64,000 nt of DNA from assembly GCF_009914755.1 (NCBI RefSeq), contig NC_060926.1; one strand, written 5' to 3'. Within the stretch, counting starts at the first letter, position 1. Each line of letters opens with the position of its first letter. This DNA is from the human T2T-CHM13v2.0 reference genome, Homo sapiens. The translations under genes were made by a program, and so were the position numbers. The notes under the pieces are model-generated. The model was not told where the DNA came from, made no database searches, and saw nothing but the letters and a program-made list of their open reading frames with translations. Shown piece after piece: positions 50,836 through 64,000 of the stretch.

Positions 50836-51768
50836 TCATTTATATCTTTAACACATACTGCTGCACAAAATTATGTATCAAGTATTTCATATGGCAGTGA
50901 ACTGTGTTTCTATCTCTCTATCTGTCCCTCAGTGCTTTAGGCATAACACATTCTCAAAAGCTACTTGAATAGATGAAAACCAGGACAGGGCTCTAACAGG
51001 CCCTACACAATCCTCATCTTCCTCCCCCGCTCATCTCATCCCCTACCTCATTCCCCCTGACGCATTTACTCTATCCACGGCAGCTTTCTTGCTGTCCTGA
51101 ACTACCATGTGCATTGCTTATGCTCTGGGGGCTCATTCGGTTCATAGTCATTTGTTGAACACCTACTATGTGACAGTCATGAAAAGGCACTGGAAAATAC
51201 AAGGTAAAAAACTAGTGTGAAAACAGTTGAATCCGAAGACAGTCTGTGGTTTACTGAATATTAGTGTACCAATGTTAATTTCTAAGCTGTGATAAATGTA
51301 CGATGGTTATGTAAAGTGTTAACATTAAGGGAAGCTGGGTGGAGGGTAAAGAAGAACTTTCTATGTATTTTTACAACTCTTCTAAATACTTTAAATTGTT
51401 TCAAAATCAAACATTTTTATTTTAAACAACATACAGTTCCTACCTTCAGGAACTCAAATTCTAGAGGAAAAGGTGGGCGTGTAAATAAATGAGTCCACCA
51501 AAGTGAGTGATAACTTCCAGGTCAGAAGTCATGTTCGGGACAGGATGTGAAGGGGAAGGAGGCAGGCCGGCTGTGGCCAACCCTGTTATCCAGTACAACC
51601 GTTTAACCTCCTAAAGCCTCAGTTTACTTCTCTGCAAAATGGGAACTAGGGAACAGACACGGGTCCTTGCAGGGCTGGTGGGAGATCTGCAAACCGAAGT
51701 CACCATGGGACCGCGCATGCTATCAACAGCCAGGCCGAGCAGCACCTGCCGCCCTCCCAGTGACCCAC

Positions 51769-51810
51769 CTGGAACTCCAGCCCGTAGATCACTGGTGCAT
51801 CGTCCTCCAT
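51769..51810 (-). CDS. EIPR1: EIPR1 (TSSC1) coding exon 1, MEDDAPVIYGLEFQ
   Basis: Manual minus-strand translation ATG GAG GAC GAT GCA CCA GTG ATC TAC GGG CTG GAG TTC CAG, then donor GTGGGT. Matches the recalled EIPR1 N-terminus and lies in a CpG island. Phase 0. Confidence 0.97.
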
Positions 51811-52300
51811 GCTGCGGGGAAGCGACCCGACCCCGGCCACTCACACGCTAAGGACCTCGCTACGGCCGGCGCGTCCCCACCTCGCGGGCGTGTTCCCAGC
51901 GCCCATTCATTCCCTCCCCGCAGCAAACGACTCCAAACTGGAAGTCTTTCTGGCCCAGAACAGCTTCCGTAGTGGCCACTTCCTATTTTTCGGATGTGTC
52001 ATCAATCTGTTCCTCACCAGCGACCAATGGCAGCGGCGCTGGCTTGTGCGCATGGCCACTTGGGCTCACATCCGGGCTCTCAGCGCGGGGACTCCTGGAG
52101 GTGAGAACCCGGCCCAGAGGAAATAAGTTGGTGGGCGGAGCGGGCCGCGGAGGCCGGCTGTGGGTGGAGGCCGGCTCCGAGCGCAGGCCGTCGGGAGCAA
52201 GCGGCGATTAGCCTTAGCTAGCCATCGCATCTAAGAATCGCTCACGCCGTAGTTGGGCGCCGCCATGTATTGTCATTTGTATGTACTTGGCGTTCCTGAG
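51811..52300 (-). promoter_or_regulatory. EIPR1: EIPR1 5'UTR and CpG-island promoter
   Basis: CpG-dense. ETS-like GGAAGT/ACTTCC motifs (~51940-51983), CCAAT (~52024), NRF1-like TGCGCATG (~52047), GC box GGGCGG (~52133), YY1-like GCCGCCAT (~52259). The exact TSS cannot be determined. Confidence 0.8.
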
Positions 52301-53002
52301 CGCTGGGCCAGCGCTTCACACGCACTGCCATAAGGAGCTTCATCCAACCCTATGAATAAGCTGTTACACTTCCATTTTACCGATGAGACGCTGCAAAGTT
52401 GAGTAACACAGTCGCAGCGCTCATTGGTCCATTGGGTAGCCAGGATGGGCACCTGAGCTGACTCCCTGAGGTTCGGCCCAAGGTGCCCTAAGTCAGGGCC
52501 ATGCCTAATGCATTTCTGCAGGTGCCCAGCACTGTGTGGCAAAGAAAGCACTACCAAGGATGGGGTTATGAAAGCCGGCACCGCACCACTGGTGGTCCTG
52601 GACTGCATATGCCTCCGAATGGGAGTCGGAAGGGAAGGCCCTGGGGTTCCTAGAGGTCTCCAAAGACTAAAGACTTGTGGTGGAGAGACTGCCCCTCTTT
52701 CGCATCCTGCTCAAAGTGCCTGCCCTGGCCTTGGGCCAGCAGAAATGGCATCGCAAGGACTCCAAAATACATCATAGCTGAACCACGCCTCTAGCCTGGT
52801 TCCACCGGGGCTTCCAGGACCACGCACCTTTCCTCCATTTCTGTGATTAGCTTTCCCCTCTACCCTTTATTGATCTCCGTGACGGAAATGGTTGGGTCTC
52901 GTTTTGCTCAGTTGGGCAAGGCGCGTGGTATTGAGTTAAGGCTGGATGAGTATCTGTTGAGTGGATGAAATTTTAGAGATTACATGAGAAATCAAATGAG
53001 CA

Positions 53003-53363
<361 letters not shown>

Positions 53364-53689
53364 TCATCCTATTCAACCACTCTGTTTGCCGATATTAACT
53401 TGCGGAGCTAAGAGGGCCTTCATACTTCGGGATTAAACCCACCCATCTATCACTGATATCTTTATCATTAATTTTATTATACAAGTACTGCAGGTGCATG
53501 GTAAGAAACTTACAAAATACAGATAAACACAAAGACAAATCCATAGAAACACTGATTTCTAGGATATGCTGGTCAATAAAAATAGCCTAAGCGACTCCCT
53601 TTCACCCGCCCCATCTGCCACAGGCTTGCCTATTGCCTCTGAGTGACAGAATCAGGCTAGGTGGAGTGGAGTCTCCGTTCCCATTTCCA

Positions 53690-54420
53690 AGTACAGGGTC
53701 CGCTCCCCTCAACTACCGGCTCCTGGTTGCCTGTGCGCGTTCACACCTAGGGCTCCAGGCCCCGCCCACAGCAGACGAACCGGAAACGAACCCCATTTCC
53801 GGCCTGGGGGCAGGGCCTCGGGTTCCTGCATCGGGCCTGAGCAGAACTAGGCGCGCCGCGGCCCGGCACGCGCAGGCGTACAGAGCTGCCCGGGGGTGCC
53901 AGTTCCTCTCCGATTCCCGGCTTCTGTCACCTTCCTCACGGACCTTGGTCACGGCCGCAGGTGACCCCTTAGCCCAGCTCCAGTGGGCGGGTGGCAGGTG
54001 AGGATCAGGGCTTCGGCAGTCCAGAGGGGATGGGACCGTGTAGCGCCACCTCGGGGAGGGAGCACACTGGCTTTGGCCTCAGCCCGGAGGAACCTTCTCT
54101 GGGACCGATGCTAGAGTGGGCGTGGGGTCCGGGCGCGGGGTCGCCTGCCACCCAAGGGCGTGTGTGCTCCGCGGGCCTTGTGCCAGGCTCCACGTCGCCG
54201 CGGCCCTTGCTCTCCACGTCTGCAGAGGGCTGGAAGCGTCTCTGCAGCCCGCGGAGTTTGCGGGAAGGGGAAGCTGCTGCGAAGCGTGTGGGAAACTACC
54301 CGCTGGTGCGCGCCCAGGCGTCCCCGAGACCCCCAGTTCCAGGCTTGGTGCCAGCCAGGCCCCCAGCAAGCCCCTTAACTTCCCTTAGACTTAATTCACC
54401 CTCCCGCGGAAAGAGGTTAC
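53690..54420 (+). promoter_or_regulatory. TRAPPC12: TRAPPC12 CpG-island promoter
   Basis: CpG-dense, with a GC box (GGCCCGCCC ~53758), ETS-like CCGGAA/TTCCGG (~53780, ~53797) and an NRF1-like GCGCAGGCG (~53869). Lies upstream of the TRAPPC12 coding exon. Confidence 0.75.
53850..53997 (+). other. TRAPPC12: TRAPPC12 non-coding exon 1 (5' end approximate)
   Basis: Donor CAG|GTGAGG at 53997/53998, with an alternative CAG|GTGACC at 53960/53961, inside the CpG island. The ATG lies in the next exon. Confidence 0.65.
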
Positions 54421-56116
54421 TAATGACCTGCCCTGCCAAACTCAGCATTGTGAGGCTGCAATGCAGTGTAAAAGCATTTGAGTCACTGTGTAAACGTCCG
54501 CTGTTGCTACACATACTAATTGTAGAGTATATTTACTGTGAAGACGGAAAAAGCGTTTATTCAACAGAAAGCGTTAGGGTCAAAGATGTGTTTTAACGTG
54601 TCATTTTTTCACTCTTCACTACGAAACAGTGTAGCCCCAAGGAAAAATTTTCTTGGACCTACGGTTTGTACTTTTTAATGGCTACTTGAAGATATGGTGT
54701 CTTTGGATTCAGTCACTGTTCGCAAATTCAGAAGATAGTGGCGGATAATGAGCCAGTCCCGTCTTGGGATTGGGGTGGGAGAGGGACAGGGGAAAAGCAA
54801 ATGAAATATTACACAGTGTTACTCATTCAGTTCTTACATTTTGTGATATCTGATGGGATCTTCTTCACAGTTACTAAACTGGGTGTTGCCACTCTGCTTT
54901 ATCATTAAAATGATAATTACTATGCTTGTGTCTGTGCAGCTCTTCACACTTTAAAAGATGCCTATGCAGGGGTGCCACTATTTAATCCTCTTTATTCTGA
55001 TGTACCATCTAAAAGATCAAGATTTTCAGAGGTTACTTCACTTGGTCGGGAAGCTAAGACTCAACACAGTTATTGAGACACTGCCTTCAGAGCTCTTTCT
55101 GCCCACCCCTGCCTGGCAACCTTGCAAGAGGAGCTGAGAGGTGACCAGCACAAAGAAAAGAGTATTGGCAGAAAACGCTGTGTGGGTAGCCTGTCACCAT
55201 CAGGTACTGTCAGTGTGATGTTAGGCAAATCACTTGGCCTTCTCTGCTGTATGATGGAGGTAATAATAATGCTTCAAAAGTTTAGGATGAGTATTAAATA
55301 ATAAGGTAAAATGCTTGATCTGTAGTGAGTGTTCATTACATGGAGACTTCTGTTAATACGTGCCACCTAGATTTCTACTACACACCCTCGTGCCCTTATG
55401 GAAGGAAATTTTACATGACTGCAATTTGGTAAAAGATATGTTTACAGAGTGTCTGTGTCCAGGAAATGAACCTGAGAAACCAAGTTTTAAATGTTGTTAG
55501 GAACTTTTTATTTCTCAAATACAGAATTACTTAAATTTAATATTTAAAAAAATTTTAAACAATTAATTAATCACATTCTTGTGCAAAGCCCTCAACTGGA
55601 CAAGGAGAAAGTCAGATTTCTTTGCTGCACTGTGATGTAAAGCTTCTGTAAGCTTATGTAAGCTTAAAATCCTATTTATAGTTTAATAAAAATAAAGCCA
55701 ATGATAGGAGGGAGTAAAGATTTCTATCACGTACAAATCAAGAACAGATACTTGTGTTTTTCCATTTTTAATTATGAACTATAAAGACTACCCGTAACAC
55801 ACATGTGAGATTTAAAGATCAAGTCAACCCAGTCTTCCATTACCAGCATAAGATGGGGACCATTTCCCAGTGCGTTGAAACTTCCGTGTGTCCCTCCCCA
55901 GTCAAGCTCTCCTGCCATCACCTTCCACCCCTCCCTCACTAAAGTGGCTGTTACTATATCCTGGCTTTTCTTTGTAGTTTGACCAAATATGTTTGTGTTC
56001 CTAACACAGAAAAAGTGTTTGGATTCAACACTTTTGTTTAATTTACATGTTTTTGAATATACAGAGTCATGCTGTTTATTTTTCTACTCATTCTTTGTGC
56101 AAAATTGTATTTGTGA

Positions 56117-58335
<2,219 letters not shown>

Positions 58336-60954
58336 TAGATTTTTGATGTATTCTACATAAATAATCATACACGAAGAATGAAGGTTTGTATTTTTTTCTT
58401 TTCAGTTTTTATTGTAGCTTTTAGTTATTTTTCTTGCCTTAATCCTGCCCGAGGACTCCAGTATTAGGCAGCATAAAAATGTTGAAGAGGACATCTTTAT
58501 CTTTTTTCTACTTTTAAAGAGAATGCTTTAAACGTTTCACTGTTAATTTGAGGTTTCCTTTAGGTTTTTGGTAGATACCTTTGATTGCATTAAGGAAGTT
58601 ACTTTCTGTTGCTAGTTTGCTGACAGGTTTTATCTTGAGCAGATGCTGAATTTTATTAGATACTTTCTTGTGCATCTATTGAGATAGTCATGTACTTTTA
58701 TTTAATCTATCGCATTAAACCAACAGTACATTTCTGGGATTACCTGAGTTTGGTAGAAAATAAATACATTGCTGATTCAGTTAGCTAATATTTCAAGATT
58801 TTTGCATGTGTGTTCATGAGTGAGATGATAGCTTCCCTTTTAGTATGGCCTTGTCAAATTTTGGTCTCAAGGTTATATTAGCCTTATAAAGTGAATTGGG
58901 TCATGTGTCTTTTTTCTTCTCTGCAAGAATTTTTGTACTGTAGGAATTATCTGTACGGAATCTTTGGTAGAATTCACTGGTAAACCCTCTGGACCCTATA
59001 TTTTCTTTGTAGGAAGACTTAACTACTGGTTATACTTTTTTTATGGTTATAGAACTATCTCGTCATATATACATGGTTATTACTAGTGTCTGCTTTGCAT
59101 TTGAACCTTACATTGGAATAAGATTAGAGTAAGGAAACCCTTGAAGTGAAGAAGCTATTTTGCTACAAATTATATGTCCATTCTCACAAAATCTTATGTA
59201 TATAATTTATATAGATGTAGCTTTATAATATATGTATGTCTTCCCATTCATAAAAGCATCATCTAAATCACGTTTTATATCATTTTTATTTGAGCATTCC
59301 TCTTGATTTTCTAGAGAAGAAACCCTCAGATCCTTACTTACAAGCATTTTCCTGCATCTAGATTTTATTTGTGTGAAAGCAAAAGTGATCATCCTTGCCC
59401 TAAATTATTAGGGCTTTTTATTACTTTGGTATTTACTTAAGAATAAAATTTATTTTTTTATTTTCTTCTCTTCTCAAAAGTGGTTTGCAGGTATTAATGA
59501 AAATTTTGGACATTCCCATTTTATCAGTTCTCCTTAATTTACAATTTATAAAGTTTTTAAGCTTTATAATTTAGAAGCATTTTACCTTAATTTTTATTAT
59601 TTTGGTGGTTTTTCTAGGCGATGTTTTTTGTTATTATATCTCTGATAAACAGATTTCCCTAAATCTTACAGGTTTAAAGCAGCTTCATCTTCACAATAGT
59701 AAGAATTGTTTCTTTAAAAAGTTTCTTCACAAAGGCAATAAAACTTTTAAAATCTGTGAGATTGAATCAGAATTAGCTTTAGAACCTAGAATTTTGTTAG
59801 GGCTGAGGGTAGATGAGACGGAGGGAAGATCCCTTTCTCTCATCATTAGCTTATATCGAAATCAATTCTTATTTCTAAAATAAAATACGCAGACCACGCT
59901 AGTGCCTTCAAGTCCTGCTGGGAGACTTCAGAGGGGGCACTGCCTCATGCTGCCTGTTTGCTCCTTGTGCCCGGCCTCTATCCCTGCACAGGAAGGACCC
60001 GAAGGAGCAGCCTTACCATGCACAGGGGGCTCCCCCTTTGGGGTTCTAGGGCAATTTGTTCTTCGGGCTCCCGGTGAAACATGGCAGGAAAAAAAACGTT
60101 TTACTCCTTTTCATTGGATTTTTTATTCATTTATACTTAACAATTATTGGATGAATGTATAAGGGAATTAGTAGCTGACCAGGCTGAACCGGAAACTTCT
60201 TCAAAATGTATAACTTGGATTATGTACTTTAAAATAATGTTTTGGGAAGGCTGACTCATTGGGAATACTATGATGGAAGTGTTGACAGTGAGAAAAGGGT
60301 AGTCTTATCTAGAGATCAGCTAAGTGTCATTTTTTAAGTAAAAAAGGTACGTGTTGTTTTATTCTGAAAAAAATCCCTTATCTTTTATCATAGTCTCTTA
60401 GATTTCCTTAACTTGAATTTGTTCACTATGAGAGTAAAACTACATAAAGTAAAAGTTTTTCAAGAAAAAGAACAAATACTTTTTTACAGTTTGAGCTCTT
60501 TGTCTCATTCTTTGGCTGGTCCTGGTTTCCCCACTCACTAGCGGTGTGATTTCGGCTTACATAGCCTCCCAAGGCCTCAGTGTCCTCATCTGCGAAACGA
60601 AGACAGTGATAGCAGCTGTCTCGAGGGGTGTTCTGAGAATCACACAGGCATATGTATATATAGCCAGGGGCATAGTATGTGCGGATAAATGTTAGCTAGT
60701 TGTGTTGTCAGCTTCAGCCATCAGTGCTTAGTGAGTGTGCTGTTTTCTTACTGTTTAAATTTTTCATGTCATTCGCACTGTATCAGATTTCCAGAGTCAG
60801 GCAGATAATATGAGCTGGGGCGTGGGGCGGGGGTAGGGGCGGACGGCATGGGGAAGTCAAGAGACTATTACAAATTGAAGAGTCTTGGGAGGGCTTCATG
60901 GAAGAGGAGGGACTTAGCTGACTCTCAGAATGAAGTAGTGTTTATATGGCTGGA

Positions 60955-61612
60955 ACCTCACACCTACTGGAATGGCTACTATGAAATAAAAACAAAATAA
61001 CAAGTGTTGGCAAGGATGTGAATTCCAAGGCTTGTGCACTGTTGGTGGGAATGACAAACGGTTCAGCCACTATGAAAAACAGTTTTTTGGTGCCTCAAAA
61101 AAATTAAAAATAGAATTACCATATAATCCAGCAGTTCCTTCTAGGTATTTACCCAAAATGATTGAAAGCAGGGTCTCAAAGAGCTGTTTGTACAGCCACG
61201 TTCATTGCAGCAGCATCCACAATAGCTAAAAGATGGGAGCAACCCACGTGTTCAACAACAGATAGCTGGATAAACAAAATGTAGTGTATGCATACCATGG
61301 AATATTTTTCATCCATAAAAAGGAAGGAAACTCTGACCAAGCTGTAGCATAAATAGCCCTTGAGGACTTTATACTGAGTAAAATCAGCCAGTCACAGGAA
61401 GACAGTTATCGGGTGATTCCACTTATTTTATAGTAGAATGGTGGATGCTCTAGGCGGGGGAGATGGGTATACGGGGGAATGTTTAATGGGGATGGAATTT
61501 TAGTTTTGCAAGATAAAAAGTGTTCTGGAGATTGGTTGCACAGAAATGTAGATGTACTTAACACTACTGAACTTAAGGTGGTCAATTTTATGTGTATTTT
61601 ACCATAATCAAA
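60955..61612 (+). mobile_element. Old L1MB-type 3' fragment ending ~125 bp before TRAPPC12 exon 2
   Basis: CAAGTGTTGGCAAGGATGTG, ATAGAATTACCATATAATCCAGCA and TATTTTACCATAAT. Confidence 0.75.
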
Positions 61613-61693
61613 AGCACATGGATAAGAAGCTGGAGAAATGGAAGTCTGCGTCATTTGAATCTATAAGCAATACTCATTTTTCGGTTGAGGTGA

Positions 61694-62860
<1,167 letters not shown>

Positions 62861-63292
62861 TAGGGATGGAGAAGGAGAAGGCCTTGTTTTCAGTAATTCC
62901 TAACATCCCATTGTGAGCGCCTGTGTTCCTCTGTCCCTGGGTAATTAGGGATCTGTTGGTTTCCCCAACAGAACATATTTAATGGACTGCTACTCAGAGA
63001 GGTAGAAATAAATACCACCAAGGCAGACAGTTCTACCGTAATTCTCTCAGTCAGTTCTCCATGTCCTGTAATCCATTTGACATTTGAACTCCAGTTAATA
63101 ATAAATCCATTTCTTTCTTTAAAATATGGAAAAATATATTCCTGTAACATATAATGTGCCCGATGTAGAATTTTTATAGGTTGAATAAGAAAAATACGCG
63201 TGACCCAAAAAGTAACAAATCACAGAAATATATAAATGTTAAGCTAAATGGTAACATACAAATGTTCGATCTCACTACTAATGAAAGACAAT

Positions 63293-64000
63293 TGATGCAG
63301 GGTTTTTTTCGGTGCCGCTTTGCCAGCTGGAGACCTCCGTGGTCGGCGATGCCCCTGCCCAGGCCTCTCTCGGCCCAGGTTCGCCCACTAGGCCTGCCGG
63401 GCCGCACCTGGCTTGCGCTTTGGCATATCCCGTGGCCTCGGTGACTGTGCTCTCAGCCCCCAGCAGGTGGGTTGTGCGAGCAACTGAGTGTAGGGGTCCG
63501 GGGGCTGCTCCAACCGCCAGCATAGGAGCAGGCTTCACACGGGGCTTGTAGCTGGACCAGGCGTGTGGCAAGTGACTCCCACAGTGGACTCCTGCGTCCA
63601 GGCGAGGGGAACACCGTGGCGCCCGAAGAGCAACAACCGCGACCCCGAAGCCCGAGAGGGGATGTTACAGCGTGCACACAGCTCTTTTCGACCCGCATCT
63701 GCTGCCGGACTAACGGGCATCTTAACGGCTCTAAACGGGCGCATTAACAGACCACTGCTTCCCGTTGAGTGGGGCAGCCGAAGGGGGTGGGGGATGGAGG
63801 GTTACAGTGTTATTGCTGTCTTGGTACCTGCACTCCGCGGAGTCCTGAGTTCTTGTCCTGCCTCCAAGAAGAACGAGATTATGCCGACAACCAGAGTGTG
63901 AGGAGGGCGGACGAGTTTTATTGAGCACAAAACAGCTCTCAGCAGAGAGGGGAGGCGAGGGTGGTCCCCCACCGAAAGTCAGGTGGTGTCTCTCCCAGTG
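63293..64000 (-). mobile_element. GC-rich ERV1 LTR (LTR1/LTR28/MER52-like), runs off the window edge
   Basis: TGATGCAGG terminus, GCTTTGCCAGCTGGAGACCTCCGTGG, and TTTTATTGAG...CAGCTCTCAGCAGAGAGGGG poly(A)-signal region. Confidence 0.65.

Overview
Human genomic DNA, recognisable as the head-to-head EIPR1 (TSSC1) / TRAPPC12 locus at 2p25.3. EIPR1 runs on the minus strand: coding exons 1-3 are at 51769-51810, 28748-28831 and 12214-12346, all too short or split to appear in the ORF track. TRAPPC12 runs on the plus strand: a non-coding exon 1 ends near 53997, and coding exon 2 is 61738-62788. The two CpG-rich promoters are about 1.9 kb apart. The rest is intron, dense in repeats: about 28 Alus, a full-length but disabled L1PA3/4-type L1, a 5'-inverted SVA fragment, MaLR and ERV1 LTRs (some nested), a MER44 element and several minisatellites. 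Most ORF-track entries are repeat or GC artefacts. No new system can be proven from sequence alone. The best candidates are: (1) an intronic L1 whose antisense promoter and extended ORF0 point into EIPR1, with two candidate splice donors in frame with exon 2; (2) a ~400-bp Alu-tail AAAAG-to-AAGGG tract with the same architecture as the RFC1/CANVAS repeat; (3) a candidate hairpin-containing poison exon after exon 2 and two overlapping uORFs in the EIPR1 leader. Gene and repeat names come from recall, not from a database search.
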